DNA of 52,280 bases from Callorhinchus milii (Eukaryota): contig NW_024705350.1 in assembly GCF_018977255.1 (NCBI RefSeq), positions 1 to 52,280 of the forward strand. The letters run 5' to 3'. The notes under the pieces were generated by a model, which was given only the letters and a program-made list of their open reading frames with translations, had not been told where the DNA came from and did no database searches. Below, in pieces: positions 41,001 through 50,285 of this stretch (positions within the stretch are counted from its first letter, which is position 1; each line of letters begins with the position of its first letter). A program made the position numbers and the translations under genes.

Positions 41001-44000
41001 AACACACTATCCCTGTACAGATTGTCAGAGATGCAGTCCACATTTGTTGCCGCTGCTGCTGCTGCTGCACCACCGCCTTCTCCTGGCTGAGAGCTCTTGT
41101 TGAGTGGAAAGAGATCCCGGCCTCATTTGAGCTGGTACGGCCCATTGAGCCAAGCGGCGGGCTTCAATAATAAACCGAGCGGCACAGCGACACGCGCACG
41201 TAGGGAGCCGGGAACCAAAAGCGCCCCGAGCTATTGTCACATGTCTCTTATCTACCTTTTTTAGCAAGCTTCTCGATTCTTCTTCACTGCCGCATCTCGC
41301 ATAGCCTATCAGGGCCCCGTGTCAACGAGTGGCCTCTAAACCGACTCCCACTCACGTCAAACCTTTTTCCAGGTTGCTAGCCTTCAAACCTGTCTGCCGA
41401 TGCAGTCGAAGCGCCACATGCGCTCCAATACGGTGTGCGCTGAGCGATCATCCAATGACGTGAGCGGTCATTTTGGTGGGGAGCTTCACCAATCAGCGGC
41501 AAACGATGCCCATTTCAAACCGCGAAGCTCTTGAACTCCGCTGTAAACTGACGGCATTTACAATACACAGGGTATGCCTTTGGGCCTTCCTTACGCAAGG
41601 GCGACCACACTTGCTGACCACCCATACTAGATATCTGTGAAAAACAGCTTCAAAGCTCAGCGTATTCCTCCAGTCCACATAAAGATTATGATTCTGATTC
41701 TGAAGACCGTCAGCAGTGGCAACAGTTAAAGGACATTACAGGATGGCAATGCGCAACCTAAAACGATAAAATAAAATTAACCCGTAAAAACTAAGTTTTT
41801 CACTATAAATCCTTTATATGCGTGGCATCGGGGCGGCTAGAGTCCTCTCGTCCTCTGGCTTGAGATGGCTGCCACCTATGGGTCAGATGATTGTCTGGCA
41901 GCATTAAACAATTGGTAATTAAATATTTAAAAATTTCCCTAAACAGTGTAAAATTTTGGAATTTTTTTTCACGAAAATGCATTGTCACGCACAACGAGTC
42001 TGTGTGCAAAATGTCAGCTCGATTGGATCACGGGAAGTGGGTTAAAAAACGACCGAAAGATTTGCACGGTCCTAAGCAAGCAAGCGAACTTAATATAAAG
42101 GATTTAAAAACTACAAATATTGATGCGAAAACGGACGTCTGGATAATGACGGTGTGAAGCTTGGTGTTCTAGTAAAGTGCATGAGACGGGCCCGCGCCCA
42201 CCTTGATGGCGCTGCGCATCTCGTAGGCGTCGTACTGGGCAGGAGCGTGGAGCAGCGCCACCAGCGCCCGCTCGAACGAGCCCGAAGTCTCCGACTTGAT
42301 GTCGTCGATCAGATCCTGCGATGCGGACACACAAATAAAGCCCCGTGCAGTGGCAATAGTGCACGATTGTATGATACGTGTGGATTCGCATAGCGGTATC
42401 TCTGAGTATGATTTTTTTTATTTAGACTGGAGGAATCCGATGAGCTATGAAGCTCTTTTTCACAGATGTTCCAGTTGGGGCGGGTCAGAATGTCGCAACA
42501 TCAAACAACGCAAACACACGATAGGAGTGCAAATTATAGGAAACAAATCACTTTAAAGAATATACAAATAAAATTCACCTATTTTTTTATCTTATCAGGT
42601 AAAAGCCCACTGAGCTATTAACTTATTTTTCAGAAATAAGCTCATCATGTGGACATTTATAGCAGCAAAATCACTTAAATAATCTACGTGTGCGATCGCA
42701 CCCTAAGACGCTGCACGGAAACAGGGGACAGATTTACTTCATCGAGAGAAAGAGGCAACCACAGGCGGAGGGATAGAGGAAATGTACTAACTACATCCAG
42801 CTTGGACTTGAACAGTGGCAGGGAGTTAATGGAACAGATGGCTGGGGGAAGGGATGGGCCTCAACAGAGATAATGACAACGTGAGGTGGGTACACACACA
42901 CAATAATCACACGCAGCAAAAAAAAGATGACGTTCCATTCAAATCCAAAGTTATTGAACGTGTCACGGGTAAGGTAGGTCATTCTGTGGGAGTCATGCCA
43001 AATGTGGATCCCTCAAGGGGCTGCGTGGTGTCCCATGATTGAATGACGAACGACCGCTTTGCCCCTCACCATTGCACCACATTAGAGTTCTTTTTCCACA
43101 AATACGTCAAATAATTGAGGCGTATCGTGCGCAAAAAAAACTTGATAACTCGTACATTGATATTTCTTACATGATGTGTGCTGGTTTCATTGAATTCATT
43201 TACAATCCACCTGCGGTCGTTGCTGTTGTAACAACTCCCCACAGATGACCTCACAATGAACTGAACACTCATTCACCTATTCCATCCACCTGAGGAGGCC
43301 TTCGTTCAGCAGTGATCGAACTTAGCTTATGGTAATAATGGTGACGATGATGATGATGATATTTCCAACCAATTCACCAACGTCTAAACATCAGCCTACT
43401 CCAATGACAATTATCTTTCGCGGGGGTTGTAAAGTTTTTTTGTATTTCCCGGACACTCAATTGTGGGTGGATTGTAACCTGGCAGTATTCTAATTTGCAA
43501 ATATTTGGAGTCGGTGCAAGATGACTGGATTATACTCAAGAAGTTTTACGCACTCTGCCGTACGCAGTCTTGTACGCCTTCATGATGAGCTGCCGTTGGG
43601 CGTTGCTGCGACGAGTCAGCACGTCCGTCAGCGTCTTCTCATCCGTTCCTACACAACACACACACACGCACTCCAGCTTCAAGGGAAGAATCACCAAATG
43701 TTATTATTCATTGACAAATCAATGGAGATGGCCGGGTGACTCATAGGTCAGAACACCGAGGCAGGTTTATATGAAGGTTTCCACCGCTTGTTATTAAACC
43801 GGGTTCTCAAGTGCAGTGAGTTTAGAGCCTCAGCTCGGTTAACCGGTGACTCTACAACAAAAATATTGCTCACATTAAGCTCGGTTCTTGACTGAAATTT
43901 TCGGCAAAATAAAATATTTAAAAACATTTTAATTTTAAAAGTGACGTGAAGAACATTGCTCTCTGTGGCAAGGTGCGAAAGTGCTGGCCCCTACTGTGTG

Positions 44001-47000
44001 GGCCAGAGGTCACATGAAATAATCTCGGAATGCAGTTCAACGACATTGGCACCGCTCTGTGGATATGGGGCCGTCCATAAATGACGTCACGCGATTTTGG
44101 ACGATTTTTATCCCCCCCACCCATCGTCACACGGCGTCACAAAAAGTCAGACCAACCCTCAAATATGACGTCACAAAGCTCTGCCCCCCCCCAAAAAAAA
44201 CCCATGCTTCTATTGTCGTTGTAGTGCGAATTTAATGTTGGAATGTGGCGCTGCACTCTGATGTTGTAGGAGAAAACATTTATTAAAAAGTATATTTAAC
44301 TAAGTAGAACGTGTTGTCTATATTTATTTAAAGTTGCGCATTTTGATGTGACGTCACATTTCTCAACCCCCCCCCCCCAGGTGCGTGACGTCATTTATGG
44401 ACGGCCCCCATCTGAATGTTTCCAAATCTCATGGCACGACGCGAAAGAAGCAATTGAGAAAAATAATTGCCACGTGACACCGTGAACGTGTAACAACATG
44501 TAGAGACCCAATGATTTCATTGCGCGAACGTTTGGGTGGAGTAGTGGTGCAGCGGTTTGCGTAAAGCTCGGTGAAGGCGTTCGAGCCCAAGCCATGGCTG
44601 ACATCAGTGGCGAGTGATAATCAGAACTAGTTCTGGTCCCCGTATTAGAGTAGCCAAAATATTCTCTAAAGACTCTCCATGAAGAGCTCCCTCCAGTGGA
44701 GGCCCTTCCACCAGCAATGGCGCGAACAAGAAATTGCAGGGATGCGCCTTTATCACCTTCACCTGACCACCACACCGTCCCAAACCCTTCAACAACCCAC
44801 GATGACCTGCATGGTGAAGTATGGTCAAACAGCCCCACGACTCATACGGAATGGCGATGCCTTCACCCAGCATTGGATAGACACAGGGCTGTAAAGTATT
44901 GTTACAGTAAAACCTCGATTTACGTCGGGGATGCGTTCTTGAAAGGCGCGACGACGAATATCGAAACGACGTCAATCAAAGCGATTTACAGGGTAGGTGG
45001 GTGGAGGCGAAGGCTGAGAGGCGACGGATGACGAGAAAGCACGGAGGATGCTGTCAGCGACGTAAGTCAGAATCTTTATTTAGACTGGAGGAATCCGATG
45101 AGCCATGAAACTATTTATTCACAGACGTGCAAGTGTGGGTTGAGGCGACGCAAATTAAGGTTGCGATGTTCGTGAAGTGACGACGCATTGGCGAAACGAC
45201 GTGAAAGGGGGAGACGTAAATCGGGGTATCGCTGTATTTTATATCAACTGGACGACACGAATGCGAAAGGGCACACGCAAACGTGTGGCGGTTGGATAAC
45301 TGAATGTAGGGGTTTGCAAACGCTGCGTGATGCTTACCCAAGCCCTTCATGGCCTTGTAGAGTTTCTCTGCATCGGCTTCCACGTTGAGACTCGGGCTCT
45401 CCCTGATGGTGCCACGCAGGTTGATCACCTGCGCAAGCAGAACACACAGTGCCCCCGGTCGTACTCCTCCACATTCAGAAACACGCAATGAGATGATTTA
45501 GATTTTTTTGGGGCCATAAATGTTCGAATGATGGGGCCACTTTGTTGAGCTGTCATTTGTGGCCAGTGCCCTTCTGAACAATAAGTGAATACCTCAGTGG
45601 GCTTTGCCTGGTAGGATGGGGATGGTTTAGATTTATTTGTAGGTGTTTGGGTGGTTTGTTTACCTTTCACGTACTTTGCACTACTATCGTGTTTTTGTTT
45701 ACTGTTTGTTGTTGTAACGTTCTTACCGTCCCCTACTGAACATCTGTGAAAAAGAGCTTCACAGCTCATCGGATTCCTCCACTATAAATATTCTGATTCT
45801 TTAATCCCAAATCCACCACCCCCGGCCTCCAACCACCCAGCAGACTGACCGTGGTAAACCACGGTCAGTCAATTGGCAGGTCGTGAGTGGCAGGGCATAA
45901 CGTGGGAACTCTTCCAAGACATCTGGCCAGCGTGGATGAGTAGGCCAAATACCCTCAAGGGGGCATCTCTTGAGATCCCTCGAGTGCAGGCTCGTTCTGC
46001 CAGTAGCAGCATTGACGAGCAGTCGCAGGGCCGCGACGTTACCTTCACTCTGGACGGGGCTAACATTTTGATGATTCCCTTCATCATGTTGTCGCTGTTT
46101 GGAAATATTTCATTGGGGTCTTAAAGCGGTAGCTGACTAGAAATTGTGTGTAAACGGGTCTCTAAACTGGCGCTGGACAATGTAAACGATCTTCACCGAA
46201 CATTTGCTCCCCAGCAACTTGAGCCAAACTTGTATGTCCTCGGTGATGAATATGACATGAAGTTCGTCAATTAGCGACCGGGCGACCTCTCTCTCTCTGC
46301 CCGGATGAGCTCGTGCGGCTCGGACAGCCGGCGGTTCGGGTGGCAAGGGGTCCCCTTCCTCGATCCGAGCAGGACACGTGGACGGGGGCGCCACAATTGA
46401 GCACGGTCACCCGGGTGCCTCTGTGTTTCGTGGGAACACGAGAGCTCGGCGGACATACGAGCAGATTGCGTTTCATTAATAATAATAAGAAGAAGAAGAA
46501 TGAGAACAACACCGCATGGGTTTTCACAGTCGCTCGCCTCAATCGCCACCGCGGAAGGCGCCGCCGTGGTGGCGAGAGGGGGCACCGCAGTGGAGAAATG
46601 TTAACTACCTCGCCTGGTACACAGGAGGTCGTGGGTTTGATCCCGACTCTGACGCCTGTATATTTGGAGTTTGCGTGTTCTCCGCGTGGTCACGTGTATT
46701 TTTCTCCGGGTCCTCCGGTTTTTCCCTTCCACACTTAGAAATGTGCGTTTGCAGCACAGCATTTGGCTGCTATACATTCCCACGTGAATGAGCCACTTTG
46801 TTGAGCTATCATTTGTGGCCAGGTCGCTTCTGAAAAATGGCCATAGAGCTCAGTGGGCCTTGCCTGTAAAAATAAAAAGTTTTGTCGAGTTTAGAACTGG
46901 CGTCTGTGTTTGAATGGCAGCAAGAATTGGTTTGTGCCGAGATCTGGTGCCGGTGTTGTGTTGAACTACTCTTACACTATAAACCAGACAGTTTTGAAGA

Positions 47001-49901
47001 ACAGGCCTAGGCTTGACTGAGAAATGTGTCCGGGTTTGGATGGAAAAGGTGACAACCCTACACCACGTGATGATCGACATGATGTCCGACGTTCCGCTCA
47101 CGTGCTGGAATGATGACCAATGCAGCTCTTGAATCGGGCTCCAAAGTCTCACTACTCACACTCCACCATGCATCAATCCAAAATAGATTTGATAAAACTT
47201 GTCTGTCCACCAGTGGTGTATACATGTGTGCACCACAGTTCGCCAATCTGTAGGTCACGTGTAGTGGGGTACAGTGTGGGTACTTCCACTTTCTCCAAAA
47301 CGTTTGGGCAGCGTGGAAGAGTAGGCCAAATACATCCTCTTCTGGCAAAGAGTGGTGCAAGCAGGAAATTGCAGAGCTGCAACTTAACATTTTATATCCA
47401 CAGTGATATATCGGTCTTCTTTGATGCCAGTTTAACAAGTAGGGTTTCACGACAAATATTATCCATAAATAAAAAACATTAAAATACCGTAAATTGCGGG
47501 GATAATTGACAAACTAGCCAGAATTTTTGAAAAACAAAACATCCGAGTGAGATTTGGCACGGTACACAATATACAAAAACTAATATCTGGTACTAATGAT
47601 ATATTACCGAAGCTATTAACAGAAGGTGTGTACCGGATTAATTGCTCCTGTGCCCAATGCTATTTTGGTCAGACAGGACGAATGATCAGCACGAGACGAA
47701 AAGAACACCAAAGGAAAATTAAATTATTCCAAACACAACTGTCCGCAGGGGCAGAAGACGCGTGCCAACAAGGACACTCAATTTATTTTGATAATGTTGA
47801 AGTTTTGTGCAAAACTAGTTACTACTGGCCAAGACTAATTAGACGATCTATTGAAATTGAGAGAATTAAAAATAATTGTAACCGTTCTGATAGCTTCAGG
47901 CCTGGTGCTGTTTGGAAACGGATTCTCAAGTAATACCACGCTGTTTAACTGCATGCCTATGCAGGTTGATGGTGATTAATTGTGAGCAGTCCACAACAGA
48001 TATTGCGATTTCTTACCAAAAAACGCCAGAATGGACAAGCTCACAATTAACGACATCACATTTATCCCTCTATTTAGACTAAAACAGGAGGATTTCCCCA
48101 CGATTCTGGCTGTCCGGATGATGATGCTGGTTGTGATTACTGGCGAAACGTCGTAGTCGACTTGTAAATGGTGTGGGTTTACCCTCCAACGCACCGGTGT
48201 GCTGAACTAGTAACGAATTTGCATGCTTTGTTGACAAACCTTATTAATTGGCTGTGTCGGGTGGTGGCGGGTTTAACGACACATTTATATTTACGCGATC
48301 GCACTTAAAAACAACTCTATTATTCTTCAATGCCGCACTGTGCACTGGATCTCTCTTTGGTGAATGAATCTGGCCCTGGTGTCTGCATTCCCCGTGAGCG
48401 GTCTCATGATTGCACGCTTCCTTTTAATTTTCCAGGCAAAAAAGATGCGATTCACACTGGCTAAATTCAGCATACCGTTTCGCCCTGAATTTAAGACTGT
48501 ATCCAAAGCCAACGTCATTTCTTGGTCAAATGAGGCGGTGCCCATCTCCCCATTAACAGCTCTGAGCCAACGGTAGAAATCCCGCATTCCGATGGGTGCA
48601 GTGAATTTTAATGAGATTTTTTTTTTATTCCTCGTATATAAAATCCAGCATCAAGTTGTTTTACTTCTCAAAAGAGCATTGGGGCGGACTGCGCTAAAAC
48701 CCCTCTTTACAGCCCTTAGCCAGTGGTGGAGATTCAACATTCCCATGGTAGGGGGCGAGTCACTCCATCGGTGCAACCGCTGTTGACGTTCCCGCAAAGT
48801 GATACGTTGTTCTTTATCGACCCAGCAGGGACGATGGGCTGAGTCATCTCGTAACCGGGATATGAACTCGCAACCATTTCCGATTGCGAGCCGCTCGCTC
48901 TGCCGCCCGAGTCATCCGGCCGGTGGCTTGTGTCATCCCACAATCTGATGGGGCCAATGACGCACGCACCCTAGCTGCTTCACCAACTATAACGAGAGGA
49001 GCAGCAACGCTGCACGAGCCGGCCCTGTGGCATGAGCACCCTACCAACGTAACGTCTCGCCGCGTCTCGTATCTTCTCATCACGTATTTATACTCGCTTC
49101 TGAGTAAACGCTCTGCCTCTGCAACTATTTTGTTTCTTAAGACAACTGCCTGGTGTTTTCCCCTTTCCTTTCTTGCCTTTCGCATATTTTTTTGACTGCA
49201 TGGTTTTTGAGTCGTTATCATGCCAGTAGTTGTAACTGGAGGTGGGTTCGGCATGAGCTATACAGCTTGACACCTGTTCAAAAAAAAAGTGACAGTGTGC
49301 CTCCTTCCTCTGTTTGTCTCTCCACGTATACTCCCCATCGGCCCAACGGCCTTTTGGGAGTGCATTTTTTTCAGCAGCATTAGTTTATGCAAGCAAAAAC
49401 TGTGGACTGTTTTCACATTCAGTGTCTCATCAGCGGAGTCAGGCTGGCTCGCATCAATGCTGATGAACTGCAAGATGCTTATAGGCAAGGATAGCTCTCT
49501 TTAAGATATGGGTCGCAGTTGGATGCAGAACTATACAATGCACAACACAAAATTATTATTTGAACATACACAACAAATAAGTTGGTAAGGGTAGGCCCAG
49601 GACTGGTTCAGACAGTGGTCAGTGGTGTTGTCTGTGAGCAGGAATCAAACGTACAGAACTGTCCCTGGGCTCACTCAGAAATCTCCAGTTGGCTTGGCGG
49701 CACTGCTGATGGAGCTAAATCCAAGGATGCGCAACCCAGCAGCCCAACACAGGACTGAGATTTAAAATAATGGCGCATGCGCGTGTTGTCTTTGTACACT
49801 AATGCGTTCTGATCGACCATGCGTGGCATTGCCTGGGTGAATTTTTTTTGACACCCAGTAAAATTGCATCAAACGATACTTACGCCCCCTTTGGCTGCCA
49901 T
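28885..49901 (-). CDS. ANXA4: Annexin (ANXA4-like), spliced CDS of 11 exons, 3'-incomplete
   Basis: Exons of 18,91,95,114,91,80,57,94,96,59,123 nt join in frame, all GT-AG, to give MAAKGG VINLRGTIRESPSLNVEADAEKLYKAMKGLG TDEKTLTDVLTRRSNAQRQLIMKAYKTAYGR DLIDDIKSETSGSFERALVALLHAPAQYDAYEMRSAIK GAGTDEGCLSEILASRTKQQINAMSHVYEEE YGNKLEDDIASDTSSYLRRVLVALLQ ANRDEGNFVDQELVEKDAK ELLEAGEKKWGTDEGAFITILCVRNVHHLRRV FDTYKTMTNKDIEESIKSETAGSFEDALLAIV KCIKNVQEFFAYKLHKSMK GLGTDENTLIRVLVSRSEVDLQNIKQHYKQTYGEELQAVIE. Four GxGT-type annexin repeats. GAGTDEGCL, RDEGN, EAGEKKWGTDE and SIKSET.GSFEDALLAIVKC resemble ANXA4 from recall. Family assignment is certain; the paralog call is not. Confidence 0.93.
29104..29162 (-). 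CDS. ANXA4: Annexin coding exon 10 (59 nt)
   Basis: cag|(V)KCIKNVQEFFAYKLHKSMK|gtgagt. Confidence 0.95.
29211..29515. repeat. Family D repeat with RTE-like 3' tail, two copies in inverted arrangement
   Basis: GACCATACTTCACC / GGTGAAGTATGGTC and ACTGCTGGATGAAGG / CCCTCATCCGGCAGT arms. Single copies at about 35895-36052 and 44590-44890. Confidence 0.7.
29522..29664 (-). mobile_element. Family B PLE-like copy with inverted hammerhead segment
   Basis: Shares TTTCGTGACTGCAGGAAT...TTTGGTTCTTTCGGTAAAGTCACGT with the 28611-28661 copy. GACGTTTCG lies at 29608-29616, then an inverted CTGATGA...GAAA at 29634-29664. Confidence 0.7.
30920..31490 (-). mobile_element. Decayed RTE-clade LINE 3' remnant
   Basis: Frameshifted minus-strand reading NTWEMTRKME...ERQLR/W-TGLIMRRDDGRWSK...RPRRR* and a terminal GKAFILQW, resembling the RTE C-terminal RWAGHVMRR.DGRW.K...RP..RW and EAYVQQW motifs. 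Confidence 0.65.
32403..32710 (+). mobile_element. V-SINE-like element, full length
   Basis: GGTGGCGAGATGTTAAC A box, GGTTCGATCCC B box, V-domain-like core, LINE-like tail ending GGGCCTTACCTGGTAAAATAAAAAATAAA. Confidence 0.85.
32835..33119. mobile_element. Tigger/pogo-like MITE
   Basis: 22-bp TIRs CAGCATTCCCTCGTTATTCGCG and CGCGAATAACGAGGGAATGCCG (21/22 match), subterminal CGCGGATA repeats; TA duplication degenerate. Confidence 0.8.
33978..34081 (+). repeat. G-tract low-complexity repeat with G-quadruplex potential
   Basis: Seven or more runs of 8-11 G separated by short CAC/CGC spacers. Confidence 0.9.
34590..35010 (-). mobile_element. L2/CR1-group LINE 3' fragment
   Basis: ORF 34597-34941 contains AAVWNALPSDIRKPLELCTFKYRLKTHF, the typical WN.LP..IR....FK..LKTH end of L2/CR1 ORF2. 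Confidence 0.75.
35340..35552 (+). repeat. SINE-like family E copy 1
   Basis: TCACTGGGGAGACAAAGGCGG..GGG.GTGGTGCTGGCCACCCACCCC.TCGTGTGCCGTGC shared with 36234-36440. Confidence 0.8.
35662..35757 (-). CDS. ANXA4: Annexin coding exon 9 (96 nt)
   Basis: cag|(V)FDTYKTMTNKDIEESIKSETAGSFEDALLAI, phase-1 donor gtgaga. Confidence 0.95.
35895..36052 (+). repeat. Family D copy
   Basis: ACATCAGTGGCGAG...GGTGAAGTATGGTC...TTCATCAAGCAGTGGATTGACACAAGG. Confidence 0.7.
36234..36440 (+). repeat. SINE-like family E copy 2
   Basis: Direct repeat of 35340-35552. Confidence 0.8.
36491..36584 (-). CDS. ANXA4: Annexin coding exon 8 (94 nt)
   Basis: cag|ELLEAGEKKWGTDEGAFITILCVRNVHHLRR, phase-1 donor gtgcgt. Confidence 0.95.
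36773..36975 (-). mobile_element. V-SINE-like element, 3' half
   Basis: Reverse complement of the tail and part of the V core of the 32403 copy. Confidence 0.75.
37119..37512 (+). mobile_element. V-SINE-like element interrupted by a family B insert
   Basis: Head, core and tail align to the 32403 copy once 37324-37426 is removed. Confidence 0.8.
37324..37413 (-). mobile_element. Family B PLE-like truncated insert nested in a V-SINE
   Basis: Perfect 13-bp duplication ACTTCCACACGAT at 37311-37323 and 37414-37426. Starts at the same terminus, TCT(A/T)GATTTGAAGCTTTCGTGACTGCA, as the 28597 copy. Confidence 0.8.
38070..38200 (+). repeat. GA-rich polypurine low-complexity tract
   Basis: GGGGAGGGGGAGGGAATGGGAGAGGGG...GAGGGAGAGAGAG. 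Confidence 0.7.
38793..38849 (-). CDS. ANXA4: Annexin coding exon 7 (57 nt)
   Basis: cag|ANRDEGNFVDQELVEKDAK|gtaacc. Confidence 0.93.
39169..39333 (+). mobile_element. V-SINE-like element, head and V domain
   Basis: GGGGTGCCGCGGTGGCGAGATGTTAAC...GAGTTCGATGCC...TTTGCATGCTCTCCCTGTGGTCGTGTGGATTTTTCTCCGGGTCCTCCGGTTTTCCC. Confidence 0.85.
39702..39781 (-). CDS. ANXA4: Annexin coding exon 6 (80 nt)
   Basis: cag|(E)YGNKLEDDIASDTSSYLRRVLVALLQ|gtgtgt. Confidence 0.95.
40024..40065 (+). repeat. 3 x 14-bp tandem repeat
   Basis: CTGAATGACAACTT / CTGAACAACAACCT / CTGAATGACAACGT. Confidence 0.8.
40210..40300 (-). CDS. ANXA4: Annexin coding exon 5 (91 nt)
   Basis: cag|GAGTDEGCLSEILASRTKQQINAMSHVYEE, phase-1 donor gtcagt. 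Confidence 0.95.
40468..40742 (-). mobile_element. V-SINE-like element, full length, antisense
   Basis: Reverse complement of the family consensus, including GGGATCGAACCC (B box) and TTAACATCTCGCCACC. Confidence 0.85.
41806..42106. mobile_element. Putative non-autonomous DNA element bounded by 14-bp inverted repeats
   Basis: TAAATCCTTTATAT (41806-41819) and ATATAAAGGATTTA (42093-42106). Confidence 0.45.
42202..42315 (-). CDS. ANXA4: Annexin coding exon 4 (114 nt)
   Basis: cag|DLIDDIKSETSGSFERALVALLHAPAQYDAYEMRSAIK|gtgggc. Confidence 0.95.
42419..42670 (-). repeat. Family C copy, antisense
   Basis: TTTAGACTGGAGGAATCCGATGAGCTATGAAGCTCTTTTTCACAGATGTTC...CAGGTAAAAGCCCACTGAG. Confidence 0.75.
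43554..43648 (-). CDS. ANXA4: Annexin coding exon 3 (95 nt)
   Basis: tag|(G)TDEKTLTDVLTRRSNAQRQLIMKAYKTAYGR|gtgcgt. Confidence 0.95.
44067..44408. mobile_element. MITE with perfect 26-bp TIRs (PIF/Harbinger-like, tentative)
   Basis: GGGGCCGTCCATAAATGACGTCACGC at 44067-44092 and its exact reverse complement at 44383-44408; flanks TAT and CAT. Confidence 0.85.
44590..44890 (+). repeat. Family D copy
   Basis: CATGGCTGACATCAGTGGCGAGTGATAATCAGAAC...GGTGAAGTATGGTC...CCTTCACCCAGCATTGGATAGACACAGGG. Confidence 0.7.
44905..45234. mobile_element. Tigger/pogo-like (Tc1/mariner) MITE
   Basis: TA|CAGTAAAACCTCGATTTACGTC ... GACGTAAATCGGGGTATCGCTG|TA; imperfect TIRs with intact TA duplication. Confidence 0.8.
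45338..45428 (-). CDS. ANXA4: Annexin coding exon 2 (91 nt)
   Basis: cag|VINLRGTIRESPSLNVEADAEKLYKAMKGL-G|gtaag. Confidence 0.95.
45495..45799 (+). repeat. Interspersed repeat family C (other copies 28431-28879 +, 42419-42670 -, fragments about 41575-41695 + and 45069-45125 -)
   Basis: Shared CTCAGTGGGCTTTGCCTGGTAGGATGGGGATGG...AAAAGAGCTT...TCATCGGATTCCTCCA blocks; the 5' half matches the V-SINE tail. Confidence 0.8.
46579..46878 (+). mobile_element. V-SINE-like element, full length
   Basis: Same head, core and tail as the 32403 copy; preceded by an extra partial head at about 46558-46578. Confidence 0.85.
47470..48230 (+). mobile_element. Penelope-like retroelement, 3' fragment (linker plus GIY-YIG endonuclease plus pLTR-like tail), decayed
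   Basis: Reads IKIP*IAGIIDKLARIFEKQNIRVRFG then ORF 47547-47933 EGVYRINCSCAQCYFGQTGRMISTRRKEH...GH...RLIRRSIEI...CNR. This is the GVY-x-C-x-C-xx-Y(I)GQTGR...R..EH pattern of PLE GIY-YIG domains. A hammerhead-like motif follows. Confidence 0.88.
48108..48158 (+). ncRNA. Degenerate short-stem-III (minimal type I) hammerhead ribozyme in the PLE tail
   Basis: Stem I GGCTGT/GTAGTC; core CGGATGATGAT against the CTGANGA consensus; stem II GCTGGT/ACTGGC; GAAACGTC at 48145-48152. Confidence 0.65.
48676..48923 (-). mobile_element. tRNA-derived SINE family F, antisense copy (fragment also at about 36976-37080)
   Basis: Reverse complement of 50048-50285: TTCCGATTGCGAGCCGCTCGCT, GATGGGCTGAGTCA, CAGTGGTGGA. 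Confidence 0.75.
49884..49901 (-). CDS. ANXA4: Annexin first coding exon, coding part MAAKGG (exon spans 49884-49943 including 5'UTR)
   Basis: Minus strand: poly-T tract tgcag acceptor (AG at 49945-49944), strong Kozak CCAACCATGG, donor GGC|gtaagt, phase 0 matching the next exon. Confidence 0.8.
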
Positions 49902-50047
49902 GGTTGGTTTGTCGCTTGATCGATGTTCCGGGGAGCTCAGAAGCTGCAAAAAAAAGGGTTTTAAATTAAACTTACGCGACGGGAATACGTATTACTGCAC
50001 ACGTTTACTCGTGAGAATATCGAAGTGATAAAAACACATTTCCACTC

Positions 50048-50285
50048 CGGCCCCGTGGCTCAGCGGTAAAGCGAGCGGCTTGCAATCGGAAGGTTGCCAG
50101 TTCAACTCCTGGTTATGAGATTGACTGAGCCCATCATCCCTCTGGGGGGGGGGGATCTATAAAATGAGTACCACTTTGTGGGGAAGTCAAATGTGATCGT
50201 CCCATTCAGACTCACCCCCCGCCATAGGAATGTGGATTTTCCACCACTGTCTCAAGACTATAAGTGGGAGATTAGCACCAATGCC
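50048..50285 (+). mobile_element. tRNA-derived SINE family F (MetaSINE-like core, tentative)
   Basis: A box GTGGCTCAGCGG, B-box-like AGTTCAACTCC, core GACTGAGCCCATCATCCC...ATAAAATGAGTACC. Confidence 0.75.

Noticed and set aside
41047..41068. (CTG)n giving polyQ/polyA ORFs
   Set aside because: Short intronic microsatellite with no exon context.
46000..46270. Possible Tx1/L1 ORF1-like relic (FITEDIQVWLKLL)
   Set aside because: Resemblance too weak to call without a search.
50048..50125. tRNA-like sequence
   Set aside because: Continues into a SINE body with other copies in the window; it is a SINE head, not a tRNA gene.
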